From Escherichia phage ECML-359: DNA of 64,000 nt. The notes below the pieces were generated by a model. That model was not told the origin of the DNA, searched no databases, and worked only from the letters and a program-made list of their open reading frames with translations. The stretch lies in the sequence record OL631482.1. One strand, given 5' to 3'. A program made the translations under genes and the position numbers. Positions 27,667-36,699 of this stretch are shown one piece after another. The stretch's first letter is position 1, and the number at the start of each line of letters is the position of its first letter.

Positions 27667-27895
27667 CGTCACGTTTCCATGATTGGTTAAAAATATCACT
27701 CATTAAAAATTCAAGTCTATTTTCCAATGAAGGAGATTCACTATCAGAAGTTTGAATTCTGTATTCAGAAATCGGGCGGAACATATCTAAGTCAGTTTCT
27801 AAATCATCTTTGATTTTCTCTTCTGATGTACCAGTATCATAGGAATACAGATAAGAATCACATGACTCGGATTTAATATAAATTGCAATACTCAT
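27659..27895 (-). CDS. hypothetical acidic protein (78 aa)
   Basis: ORF track; ATG overlaps upstream stop. Confidence 0.45.
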   Translation of the reverse strand: MSIAIYIKSESCDSYLYSYDTGTSEEKIKDDLETDLDMFRPISEYRIQTSDSESPSLENRLEFLMSDIFNQSWKRDDE

Positions 27896-28479
27896 TTACG
27901 GCATTCCTCAATAAAGGAGTTCAATGTATTTTTCTTAGTGATATCGTCATATACCTTTTTAACTTTAGAAATACGAAAAGGTACTTCAATAACCATAGTC
28001 CATAAAAATGATGCAATAAGCCCAGCGAGAGCAGTAGAAAAGCACGCACCCATTACAGCTACGGGTGCTTCATTTTTGCCTGTCAAGAAAAACCACAGAA
28101 ACGGTAAAAATAAGATTCCAGCCCAGGCATAAAACCTGGAACAAATTAACTTATCAAATTCATCACTCCAGGTACGAAATCCATATTTCTTGCTATAAGA
28201 AATTAATGGGTCTGGTGTCTGTTCTTTGAGCGGTTCTGGTTGATGCCCATTAATAATGTATCCCATTTTATATTCCTTAATTAAAAGCTCTTTCACATGA
28301 CGATTGCATCGCGACCAATCAACATTTTCCACCTTGATTCCTTCATCACCATCATCAAGGTTCGCCCAATATTTTTTGGTAATCATAAATTCATCTCTTG
28401 ATACAATTATACCTGCATTTTCTGCCCGGCGGATGAAGTTTACATCAACACCCATGCACCCGGGCTCATAAAGGGCCAT
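27892..28479 (-). CDS. hypothetical membrane protein (195 aa) with C-terminal FIEECRK
   Basis: Two C-terminal TM helices (FYAWAGILFLPFLWFFL, VAVMGACFSTALAGLIASFLWTMVI). Confidence 0.5.
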   Translation of the reverse strand: MALYEPGCMGVDVNFIRRAENAGIIVSRDEFMITKKYWANLDDGDEGIKVENVDWSRCNRHVKELLIKEYKMGYIINGHQPEPLKEQTPDPLISYSKKYGFRTWSDEFDKLICSRFYAWAGILFLPFLWFFLTGKNEAPVAVMGACFSTALAGLIASFLWTMVIEVPFRISKVKKVYDDITKKNTLNSFIEECRK

Positions 28480-29171
28480 TACCAGCCCTCCATAGGGAAT
28501 TCCAGATATACTTGAGCATTAACGCGGATTTCATTTGTAATCTTTTTAACACGGTCAGTATTACGAGACACACGACCAAACCAGCGCCACCCGTTACTTA
28601 CTGCGCGAGAACCTGTATGCCATGTCTGCCAATCAAACTGGAGCAATGTGCGGTCAGGAGCATCCCACTTGGTTAATTCATTGGACTCAATTTTTTCCAG
28701 AACTTCTTTATGCCACTGACGATAGATAAGTTCGCCTTCAGGAATCTGACTAAATTGTGCAGTTCCGGTTGCAAAATAAGTAGGACACACATCAGCGTTA
28801 ACAAGACCAAGAATATGTTCAGAATGGTAACGAGGATTATCATAATCAGGTTGCCCTGCGGTAATAAAGTGTTGACCCACCGGAATATCCGGACGTGGTA
28901 CATCGTCATGGTGATAACCTGGGATAGCAGGATACCAACCAGGCATCAGCATATGAACCCGAGAATCAAACACCAAATTATCGGGGCCATCAGTCCATTC
29001 TTTTGGTAGGTTATCAAGAAAACTGCGCGTGATTGGACCACCATGCTCATACGCAAATTCTGGATAGCAGTTAAAGAACATTGGTTCATTTTTGATTTGG
29101 TCATTTTGTACGTTATGTGCAAAACCACCAACTGCACGAGCTTGACTATTAAAAGTTTTCGGACCGTTCAT
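28479..29171 (-). CDS. hypothetical protein with 2OG-Fe(II)-oxygenase-like motif arrangement
   Basis: YHHDD (HxD), downstream His (WHTGS) and RxS (GRVS) in the order seen in 2OG oxygenases; motif-level only. Confidence 0.5.
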   Translation of the reverse strand: MNGPKTFNSQARAVGGFAHNVQNDQIKNEPMFFNCYPEFAYEHGGPITRSFLDNLPKEWTDGPDNLVFDSRVHMLMPGWYPAIPGYHHDDVPRPDIPVGQHFITAGQPDYDNPRYHSEHILGLVNADVCPTYFATGTAQFSQIPEGELIYRQWHKEVLEKIESNELTKWDAPDRTLLQFDWQTWHTGSRAVSNGWRWFGRVSRNTDRVKKITNEIRVNAQVYLEFPMEGW

Positions 29172-29230
29172 AATATTTTCCTCATTGATTGTGGGACCAT
29201 TGTGTCATAGTCCCACTTGGATGTACACAA

Positions 29231-30190
29231 TTATTTTTCGAAAGGACGAATTAAATGCTGGTTAGCTTTGAAACGTTTAACATAGTCTTCATGACCCAGG
29301 GTGTTGTACATATTAACCACTTCCTGGTAATGTTCCCAGGCATACTCGCGGAACCATCCAGAAGTAATGGAGGTGCAGACTTTTTCCAGCGCAATATTGA
29401 AGCTCACGGATGGAGAGATATTGAACTCATTGGGAACCTGCGAACGCTCCAGAGCGAGTACACATGCTTCTTCATAAACCCCTGCCAGTTTAATAATCTC
29501 AGGGAGTGCTTCAAATTTTTCACGCGAGGTCATAACTTCTGAATCATCCTTCATATAGAACTTATATGCAGGCTTATCAGCAAGCGCCACGGCCTCGTGG
29601 ATGGAGTCATGGTCAAGGGTATAGATTGTATCATTAAAGAAAGTTTTCTTGCCCACGTCTAGTTTAGGGTGACTATATGACAATGTTTCTGCCTGGCGCT
29701 GCAGCATGATTTTATGCAGTTCGTCATTAAGAACAACACCCTTATTGCGAAGGTAATTAATATGACTCATTGTCTTCAGGAAGAATGGATTGTTCTTCAG
29801 GTAACGATGAGACAGTTTAATTGCCAGACAAATATCAGGAGTCGCCCAATAGAAACCTGTAAGACGGTCTTTCTTAATATGATTTTCAGCGTATTTCAAG
29901 AGACGATAACTTGAGGTGAAATCTTCATCTTGAAGCTCACCAGTAATTTCTCGTACGTTAGTCAGGGCACGGACAATATAAGCTTCAAAATAGGTTTCTT
30001 TTCCATTGTACATACATTTAAAAGCTTGGACATCAGGGTTATCCACAGGAACATGAGCACCGAACATACGTGCTTTAAAGTGGTTCCAGGAGCCCTGGTC
30101 AGCGATAAAGTCCCAATCAGAGTTTTCAATTTTCTGACTTTCAATCAGACCAGCGTTATGTAATGCACGAGAACCAATAACTAACATCAT
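29231..30190 (-). CDS. hypothetical protein (319 aa)
   Basis: ORF track; no motif recognised. Confidence 0.55.
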   Translation of the reverse strand: MMLVIGSRALHNAGLIESQKIENSDWDFIADQGSWNHFKARMFGAHVPVDNPDVQAFKCMYNGKETYFEAYIVRALTNVREITGELQDEDFTSSYRLLKYAENHIKKDRLTGFYWATPDICLAIKLSHRYLKNNPFFLKTMSHINYLRNKGVVLNDELHKIMLQRQAETLSYSHPKLDVGKKTFFNDTIYTLDHDSIHEAVALADKPAYKFYMKDDSEVMTSREKFEALPEIIKLAGVYEEACVLALERSQVPNEFNISPSVSFNIALEKVCTSITSGWFREYAWEHYQEVVNMYNTLGHEDYVKRFKANQHLIRPFEK

Positions 30191-30206
30191 AATATTTTCC
30201 TCATTA

Positions 30207-30374
30207 GTAAAGACGAGTTACTTCATATTTTCCAAGTGCCGATTTTTTCGCTTCAATTCGTGAGGCAGCAAGATTGGCGGCCTCTAGTGAAGAAAATTGA
30301 ACCACTTGAGAAGTATTCTGTCTTACTCCACCTTGCGGGTGAGTGACAAAAACAATAAGAACATTATACATAAT
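30207..30374 (-). CDS. hypothetical small protein (55 aa)
   Basis: Own translation MYNVLIVFVTHPQGG...; not in track. Confidence 0.3.
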
Positions 30375-30381
30375 ATTTTCC

Positions 30382-30582
30382 TCAAATAATACCGTATGCG
30401 TAAATATCTCTTTTAATGCAGGAAACTACTTCTTCCAAAGAATCACAAACACGTTCTGTGGCGCCTGCGTAATCACCACTGATGGTTACTTTAATACCAT
30501 CAGAAACTTCCTGGAGATTAACCTCCAGTTGGTTGACTTTGGCTTCGTTCAGAACTTTGATTAATTCGTTTGCGATAGACAT
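30382..30582 (-). CDS. hypothetical protein (66 aa)
   Basis: ORF track. Confidence 0.45.
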   Translation of the reverse strand: MSIANELIKVLNEAKVNQLEVNLQEVSDGIKVTISGDYAGATERVCDSLEEVVSCIKRDIYAYGII

Positions 30583-30646
30583 TTTTATTCTCCTGTTCTG
30601 ATAACGCGATTGTCATCAGTTGATAGGAGTATAGTAACACAGTTTT

Positions 30647-30991
30647 TTAGACTTGTATACTGCTTCTACAATATTCTAAAAATAATTTATCGTTGTCTAC
30701 CTTATCCCAACGACGCCAAGATGGATTCCAGACCAGAGCGTTGTCACCGCAATCATTGAGCTTAAAGTGGTCGTAGTACATAGCTATATGTCTGGTTTCG
30801 TCACCAGAGAACCCCAGTATATGCTCACCGTGGGTATGATACATATGATGATGCATTGAGAGGTCGCATTTGTAAAACATCTCACGTTTACCACGAACGA
30901 ACAAGAAGGCTTGCCCATTCATATAGAATTCTTTATCTGTTTTCAAAAGATATTTGAATACCGAATCTTTATGCATAATTCCTCCTACCAC
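30647..30991 (-). CDS. hypothetical His-rich protein
   Basis: HHHMYHTHGEH cluster; start probably at MHKDSVF. Confidence 0.5.
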   Translation of the reverse strand: MVGGIMHKDSVFKYLLKTDKEFYMNGQAFLFVRGKREMFYKCDLSMHHHMYHTHGEHILGFSGDETRHIAMYYDHFKLNDCGDNALVWNPSWRRWDKVDNDKLFLEYCRSSIQV

Positions 30992-31006
30992 ATCCTTGTG
31001 ATTAAA

Positions 31007-31234
31007 TTATTTTCCTAACGAAATACGAGTAGGTTTTTTACCGAAATATTCTTCATAGGAACCATCTAAACGACCCGCTTTAGACCGACAATACGAATCA
31101 TACTTTTTGTAATAAGTCAACTCGTTATTATAACGTGGATGTCTATCAGCCATAATAATACTTAATGGCCAACCTTTGGCATAATCACGAAGACCATTTA
31201 TTTTACGAATATATCTTTTCTTTAATTTTAGCAT
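31007..31234 (-). CDS. hypothetical basic protein (75 aa)
   Basis: ORF track. Confidence 0.45.
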   Translation of the reverse strand: MLKLKKRYIRKINGLRDYAKGWPLSIIMADRHPRYNNELTYYKKYDSYCRSKAGRLDGSYEEYFGKKPTRISLGK

Positions 31235-31452
31235 GAGCTCGGGTGCCAGATTTTACCGTCAGGTTGAGCAACGAAGGTACGACCAGCTTCTTCACCATAA
31301 CAAGAGCTGTTCAGCCAGTCTTCAAGACGAACCTCACCATCATATTCGTCAAGCTCAATACCGAAATCTTGAGCGTTAGCCATATCTTTTACTTTCTTAT
31401 ACAATGCAGCCAGTTCAAGTGCTGCTTTTTCTAATTCATTAATATCAGACAT
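31228..31452 (-). CDS. small protein, member of C-terminal-Cys paralog family (ends WHPSSC)
   Basis: Fourth of four tandem small ORFs ending in SS..C-stop. Confidence 0.5.
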   Translation of the reverse strand: MSDINELEKAALELAALYKKVKDMANAQDFGIELDEYDGEVRLEDWLNSSCYGEEAGRTFVAQPDGKIWHPSSC

Positions 31453-31461
31453 TTTTATTCC

Positions 31462-31659
31462 TTAGCATTCGTAAGAGGATGATACCCAAGAGGTACCACT
31501 AATAGTAATACAACCGTTATAAAGCGTGATATGTCGTTCTAAGTCACGAACACCATCAATGTAGATATCAGCTTCTTCGCGTTCTTCTTTACAAATCTGG
31601 ATAACGTTTTCAATAGCTGCCGCGGCAGTACGGATTGCACAATCTAATTCACGAGACAT
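31462..31659 (-). CDS. small protein, C-terminal-Cys paralog family (ends WVSSSYEC)
   Basis: Start moved to MSRELD with TAAGGA SD from upstream stop junction. Confidence 0.5.
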   Translation of the reverse strand: MSRELDCAIRTAAAAIENVIQICKEEREEADIYIDGVRDLERHITLYNGCITISGTSWVSSSYEC

Positions 31660-31667
31660 ATAATTCC

Positions 31668-31949
31668 TTAACATTCAGAAGAGGAGGACACCCAACCGCC
31701 ATTTTCCAGGTCAGTTGTATAGTCATGAGTGTTAACAATAGCCCATTCAGGATGACCATGTTCTTCCCAATGAGCAAGGTCAGCTTTCAAGGCGCCAGGA
31801 GAATAATAGTCACCGCCCATACCGCGAGCAGGGTATATATTAAAATGAGTCTCATATTTGTTTGCGATTTCCTCGGCACGACGAATAGCTTTATGGATAT
31901 CATTTACTGCGTTAGCCAGTTCTTTATTTTTACGGTAATCATTCATCAT
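31668..31949 (-). CDS. small protein, C-terminal-Cys paralog family (ends GGWVSSSSEC)
   Basis: Shares helix AIxx(A/S)EEIA..Y and G(G/A)WVSSS with neighbours. Confidence 0.5.
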   Translation of the reverse strand: MMNDYRKNKELANAVNDIHKAIRRAEEIANKYETHFNIYPARGMGGDYYSPGALKADLAHWEEHGHPEWAIVNTHDYTTDLENGGWVSSSSEC

Positions 31950-31958
31950 AGCGTTTCC

Positions 31959-32249
31959 TTAGCACATTGCCGAAGAGGAGACCCAAGCACCAACTGTAAC
32001 GACACCGTTTTCAACTTCGCCGCCGTTGTTTTCAATTTCATCTTTAAACCACTGGGAGCACTCATAACCGACAGGATAATATGTACGGCCTGAACCATAA
32101 TCACCGGTACCGAATTGGATACCATATTCATCTGCGATTTCTTCACAGTGTTTTTCAATTTCAGAGGTCTTATTTAGAAGAGAATAGATAGCTTTTTCTG
32201 CAGATTTCTCATCATAATACTTGGGGATAGCAATTTCAATTTTATTCAT
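31959..32249 (-). CDS. small protein, C-terminal-Cys paralog family (ends GAWVSSSAMC)
   Basis: First of the tandem array; ATG overlaps upstream stop. Confidence 0.5.
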   Translation of the reverse strand: MNKIEIAIPKYYDEKSAEKAIYSLLNKTSEIEKHCEEIADEYGIQFGTGDYGSGRTYYPVGYECSQWFKDEIENNGGEVENGVVTVGAWVSSSAMC

Positions 32250-32599
32250 GATTTACATTCCTTAATAAAGGTTTCAAGGTCATTACGTTTTGTTTTGTCT
32301 AGGAACTTATTATACTCAGCCATTGCTGAAGCGTATCTCTTCCGACTAGGAGCATTCAAGGCATTTGTGTGACAGATATCATACACAACAGGGATAAAAT
32401 AAGCCACAACAGCCGGAGCGATTATCATAAAGAAGCCCATCTCAATAGGCATGACTCCCTCGATTGCAGCCATAACCGTGGTCATTACCAGACCAACCAA
32501 ACCACCAAGCATACCGGTAGCAATCCCTAATAATAAATTGGCACCAATATCATATTCAGCCAATTGATAAACATGTGATGCAAGACTAGGCCGTTCCAT
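32246..32599 (-). CDS. hypothetical membrane protein with C-terminal FIKECKS
   Basis: Start trimmed to MERPSLAS; two TM helices. Confidence 0.45.
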   Translation of the reverse strand: MERPSLASHVYQLAEYDIGANLLLGIATGMLGGLVGLVMTTVMAAIEGVMPIEMGFFMIIAPAVVAYFIPVVYDICHTNALNAPSRKRYASAMAEYNKFLDKTKRNDLETFIKECKS

Positions 32600-32981
32600 T
32601 ACGAACCTCCTTAATAAATTCTTCGGCACATTTAATTTTGTGCTCTTCTTGTAGGGAAACACATTTTTGTTCCCACTCTTTAACTCGTCCACGATATCCT
32701 TTATTCATATGATTTTGATGCCACACATTTATCAAAATCATACTCAGGACTGTAATAAAAGGAGCTGCAATTATTAGTGCCCAGGCGACTCCAACACTAA
32801 TGATACCCATATCTCCACAAACAACCATCATTATAACCCCAACGATGCACATGGACAGCGCCCCAAATGGAGGCATAAGGTCTTTATCAATCTTGTCTGC
32901 ATATACAAATTTTTCTGGTTTACTTGGCAGATATAGCGTTCGCATTTTGAACCCCTTTAGCATATTCACGACATTCAGCAA
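32586..32981 (-). CDS. hypothetical membrane protein with C-terminal FIKEV
   Basis: ORF track; TM helices; start may be internal MRTLYL. Confidence 0.45.
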   Translation of the reverse strand: MLNVVNMLKGFKMRTLYLPSKPEKFVYADKIDKDLMPPFGALSMCIVGVIMMVVCGDMGIISVGVAWALIIAAPFITVLSMILINVWHQNHMNKGYRGRVKEWEQKCVSLQEEHKIKCAEEFIKEVRNGTA

Positions 32982-33492
32982 TAAAACGATTAAGTTTACG
33001 TTTCCGTTTACGACTTTCTAATGTGTACTCAGCCGCCAAATCAAGAAGCTCATCTTTATCATAATTTTTAATATCCGTATAAGCGGGACGACGGTCAACC
33101 ATTCCAAAGTGGTCACCATTTTCTAACATCAAATAACACACCAAATGGTCATCATCGTCCGCATTAGTAAGCTGTTTATAATCACTTGGTTCGTTTAAAG
33201 CATATACTGAATAACGTAGTCCAGCGAATTCCACTCGTTGAATACCCAGATTTACATCAATAATTTCCAAGGCATCTGCGAAAGAAAGGTCTTCAGCTAA
33301 AGCAAAAATAAAAGGCAATTTGGTAGTATCGCCGCGACTTGTTGTTCTTCTTAAGAAATCATTGGAATAGCCCAAGTCGCGGCGGATTCTATAAAGAACT
33401 GTGTTAGTTTCAGTGGCAAGACCACTACCGCCAAACCATTCCACATTTGATAAAAGATTATCATATAAAGTCATAATTTTCTCCTCTCCCAA
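32920..33492 (-). CDS. hypothetical protein (190 aa) with C-terminal FIAECRE
   Basis: ORF track; promoter/terminator hairpin upstream. Confidence 0.5.
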   Translation of the reverse strand: MGEEKIMTLYDNLLSNVEWFGGSGLATETNTVLYRIRRDLGYSNDFLRRTTSRGDTTKLPFIFALAEDLSFADALEIIDVNLGIQRVEFAGLRYSVYALNEPSDYKQLTNADDDDHLVCYLMLENGDHFGMVDRRPAYTDIKNYDKDELLDLAAEYTLESRKRKRKLNRFIAECREYAKGVQNANAISAK

Positions 33493-33496
33493 TTAA

Positions 33497-33511
33497 GGGG
33501 GCTTTGCCCCC
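33497..33511. terminator. GC-rich hairpin GGGGGctttGCCCCC, possible bidirectional terminator
   Basis: Perfect 5-bp GC stem with T-rich flank on plus. Confidence 0.45.
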
Positions 33512-33517
33512 TTTATC

Positions 33518-34111
33518 TTACTTAAGTGAATTGATGTATTCTTCAATGTCAGCGGACGTGGTATCCACACCAACCTGTGGACCTTTGAAGGTTTCAACAC
33601 GCATCAAGGTGTCTTCAATATCAATCTTAGTCAATGCAGCGATTTCAACAACATCATCTGCAGTCGCAATACCCAGGGCAGATACCTTACGGGTTTCGCG
33701 GATGTATTCCAGTTTAACAGCTAGTTCCTGACGAGAATCATCCAGCTCTTTAACTTTCAATTTAATTTCATTACGCATTTCAACATAATCGTCTGCCTTC
33801 TTACGAAGTTGTTTAGCAGTGCGACGATACAGGAGACCCAGTTTAGCATGGACCTGGACATCCGCGCCATCAGCAATCAGTTTGCGGATTTCACGCTCTT
33901 TTGAAGCGGCGAGTTGGTCTTTTTCATTCGCTAACTCGCGGATGCGTTTTTCTTCATTAACAGACTTAACGTGGGCGGTCTGGAGCTCAGTAATCTTGTC
34001 AATCAGGGTAGACGCCGCTTGAGTATATTGGTCTTCAATAGACAGGTTTTTTGCCATTGCAGTACCCAGTTTGGAGCGGATGAATTCAACAAGTTTCTTT
34101 AAAGTATTCAT
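33518..34111 (-). CDS. hypothetical coiled-coil protein (197 aa)
   Basis: Long charged heptad-like stretches ([26 protein letters not shown]). Confidence 0.55.
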   Translation of the reverse strand: MNTLKKLVEFIRSKLGTAMAKNLSIEDQYTQAASTLIDKITELQTAHVKSVNEEKRIRELANEKDQLAASKEREIRKLIADGADVQVHAKLGLLYRRTAKQLRKKADDYVEMRNEIKLKVKELDDSRQELAVKLEYIRETRKVSALGIATADDVVEIAALTKIDIEDTLMRVETFKGPQVGVDTTSADIEEYINSLK

Positions 34112-34183
34112 GGTATTTCCTTCAGTTGGTTAATGTTTTATTATCCAGGGAACATACTATCATGTTCCCATTAAAGCACTAAT

Positions 34184-34489
34184 TTAGATTTTGTTTTCCT
34201 GCACACCATAGTAAAGTTCATCAGACACAATATCCAGGATGCGGCGAACATATTCATCATGGTATTGGCAGTCAAAATCAAATGCAACAGTAGTTTCCGC
34301 TTCACGAGTGAATTTAACTTGCACATTCAGGTGATTAACAACGTTAGTTAATTTATCAGTAAAGAACTCTTTTGCTACCGCCTGTTGGACTTGCACTTTA
34401 AACTTGGTGTTACGAATCATATTTTCAGCAGATGCGAAATTACCAGTTTTATCAAAGTCAACAAGCGCCAGGTTGATGATGAATTTCAT
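34184..34489 (-). CDS. hypothetical protein (101 aa)
   Basis: ORF track; promoter cassette upstream. Confidence 0.5.
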   Translation of the reverse strand: MKFIINLALVDFDKTGNFASAENMIRNTKFKVQVQQAVAKEFFTDKLTNVVNHLNVQVKFTREAETTVAFDFDCQYHDEYVRRILDIVSDELYYGVQENKI

Positions 34490-34572
34490 TTTATTCTCCA
34501 GTGTTTTATTTGGTAACTCAGTATGGAATCATTATGCCTTAAAGCAGGGGGCTTGTATACCCCCTTTTTGAA

Positions 34573-35004
34573 TTAAATTTCAAATTCTTTGCGGAAGTTG
34601 GAAGCATAAGACTGAACTGATGCTTTGTTGAATCCAAACTCACGCACAATCATATCAATAACAGCTCTGCGAGCAGCACCATTAGACATATTAACAGTTT
34701 TGAACATATCATAGCATAAATCTTTGTTGCTCATACCGGAGCGTTTAGGTGCCTTACGTTCAGCTTTAGGAGTAGGTTTAACTTCTGGTTTAACCTGTCC
34801 ATCATTCAGACCTTTAAAAATTTTACCTGCCAGAGTTGCCAGTTTAGCAGCTTCGCCACGAGTGATACCAAATACTGCCGGGTTAAATGAAATACCTTCA
34901 GCTGCCAGACGTTTGAAGAACATACGTGCTGCGGATTGTGCTTCAGCTTCAGAAGAGTTGTTTAATGCCAGCTTAACGTACTTAACCAGTTTTGAAGTTT
35001 TCAT
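34573..35004 (-). CDS. hypothetical protein, paralog of 35087..35512
   Basis: Shared C-terminal module NGAARRAVIDMIV...VQSYASNFRK. Confidence 0.55.
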   Translation of the reverse strand: MKTSKLVKYVKLALNNSSEAEAQSAARMFFKRLAAEGISFNPAVFGITRGEAAKLATLAGKIFKGLNDGQVKPEVKPTPKAERKAPKRSGMSNKDLCYDMFKTVNMSNGAARRAVIDMIVREFGFNKASVQSYASNFRKEFEI

Positions 35005-35045
35005 TTTATTCTCCAGTGTTTTATTTGGTAACTCAGTATGGGATA

Positions 35046-35074
35046 ATTATACACTATCCCACTTGGAAGTAAAA
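35046..35074 (-). promoter_or_regulatory. early promoter (-35 TTTTAC, 17 bp, -10 TATAAT) inside palindrome
   Basis: Minus-strand reading TTTTACttccaagtgggatagtgTATAAT, then conserved leader ...actgagttaccaaataaaacactggagaataaa. Confidence 0.5.
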
Positions 35075-35086
35075 CACTTTTCTCAA

Positions 35087-35512
35087 TTATTTTTGAGCTT
35101 TGCGGAAGTTGGAAGCATATGACTGAACAACAGTCTTTTTGATATCATGGGTGTTAACCAGAACATCAATCAGGGCGCGGCGAGCTGCACCATCTGCCAT
35201 ATCAATTTCTGCAAATGCCTGGAAGCAAATGTCACGAGCATTACCAGATTTGGACTGGATTTTTTCTTCTTTAACTTCTTCAATTGGGAATTCAATCATT
35301 TCAGCTTGGATTAATTCAATGATAGATTCTTTTGACTGTTTGGTGTTTACCTTCAGTTCAGAATTAAGGGACTTAGCGATGGCAACAATCTGGGTTGAAG
35401 TCAGATGAATAAGTGCATCTTCACGAATGCAGATTTCACATACTTCGTCGGCAACCATTTTGTTAGTGATGCGGGTAACAGAGAATGCAGAAGTCAGGGT
35501 CAGGAAGTTCAT
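35087..35512 (-). CDS. hypothetical protein, paralog of 34573..35004
   Basis: Start at MNFLTLT after cassette leader; C-terminal DGAARRALIDVLV...VQSYASNFRK. Confidence 0.55.
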   Translation of the reverse strand: MNFLTLTSAFSVTRITNKMVADEVCEICIREDALIHLTSTQIVAIAKSLNSELKVNTKQSKESIIELIQAEMIEFPIEEVKEEKIQSKSGNARDICFQAFAEIDMADGAARRALIDVLVNTHDIKKTVVQSYASNFRKAQK

Positions 35513-35618
35513 TTTATTTCTCCAAAGTTTTGTTTGATTCAGTGTGTAACTCAGTATGGAATCATTATGCATCCAGTCAATTCGGATGTACACTACTTTT
35601 TGAAGAAATATTAAAAAT

Positions 35619-35638
35619 AAACCCGCCGAAGCGGGTTT
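35619..35638 (-). terminator. rho-independent terminator
   Basis: Minus-strand AAACCCGCttcgGCGGGTTT followed by ATTTTTAATATTT. Confidence 0.55.
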
Positions 35639-35640
35639 GA

Positions 35641-36195
35641 TTAGTTCTTATAAAAGCGGAACGGATTTATATGAAAGGCGAGCATAGCCTTAGGGATTGG
35701 TCGGGACAGAAGACTCTTGAGCTTCCAGCCACAATAAACGCGCAGATAAAAGGTGATTCCACCGACCTTGAGATAAGGAACAGAAGCAAAAACACCCCAG
35801 GCATTATCCGTCCACATCCAGAGCCATCCGTGATGAGCTTTATCCGGGGAGCCGGATTCAACATCAGGATTACCTTTATAATGGAATTCTGAATTGCAAT
35901 CACGACCGAGCTTGTGGTAAGCAAAATTGTATGCTTTGTTTCGCCAGAGCCAGGCTACTCGTTGGAAGTAAACACCTAATGGCCATTTTCGGATTTTTGA
36001 CCAACGCTCGACATGACCCCGGTCACCATCAATCGGATTATCATAAGTCATCATCCAATCAAACCCGAACGGAAGTTTACCAGTCTTTTTATTATGGAAT
36101 GGAACTACAAATGGAGCCAGGATAACGGCCAGAATCATGGAGATAAAATCCAGTGGAACTAACAGAATCCAACTCAAATATTTTAACAGTTTCAT
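35641..36195 (-). CDS. hypothetical membrane-anchored protein (about 185 aa)
   Basis: Start at MKLLKYLSWILLVPLDFISMILAVILAPFVV (TM); Trp-rich. Confidence 0.5.
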   Translation of the reverse strand: MKLLKYLSWILLVPLDFISMILAVILAPFVVPFHNKKTGKLPFGFDWMMTYDNPIDGDRGHVERWSKIRKWPLGVYFQRVAWLWRNKAYNFAYHKLGRDCNSEFHYKGNPDVESGSPDKAHHGWLWMWTDNAWGVFASVPYLKVGGITFYLRVYCGWKLKSLLSRPIPKAMLAFHINPFRFYKN

Positions 36196-36284
36196 ACGTT
36201 TCTCTTTAGTTGATTTATAAAAAAGCCCCAACCTTTCGGAAGGGGCTATACCTTGTCGGGGTTCCACCTGCAAGGCAAGTGTTC

Positions 36285-36668
36285 TTATCCGCGAGCGAAT
36301 GCCATTGCGGCGCGTTCGTTGGCACGGTCGGTGATGTTCAAGAATTTATCACGAGCGATTTCGATTGGAGCGCCAACCCAGTCAGCAGCACCATTACCTG
36401 GAGACTGTTTAGGGCGAACCATATAAGTTGAAACTTTAGAACCGGCCAGTTTGGCACCTGGTGCCGCGGCATTTTTAACGTCTTTAGCTTTGATGCCAAA
36501 CCCAGTTACGATACCCCAAGAAACACCATTAACTGGTTTCTTGAACATAACACGGTCACCAATTGAAACACCGGCTTTTTCTGGAGCCACTAAAGAAAAT
36601 TTACCAGCTTCAGTCAGTACGGATTCGGTGATGGTATTGCGATTTAAAAATTCTGCATATGTAAGCAT
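36285..36668 (-). CDS. putative virion internal protein with capsid-targeting-like N-terminus
   Basis: Starts MLTYAEFLNRNTITE, resembling MKTYQEFIxE; consensus late promoter 32 nt upstream. Confidence 0.55.
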   Translation of the reverse strand: MLTYAEFLNRNTITESVLTEAGKFSLVAPEKAGVSIGDRVMFKKPVNGVSWGIVTGFGIKAKDVKNAAAPGAKLAGSKVSTYMVRPKQSPGNGAADWVGAPIEIARDKFLNITDRANERAAMAFARG

Positions 36669-36699
36669 TTTGTTTTTCCATTATTAGGGTTGTTGTTAA

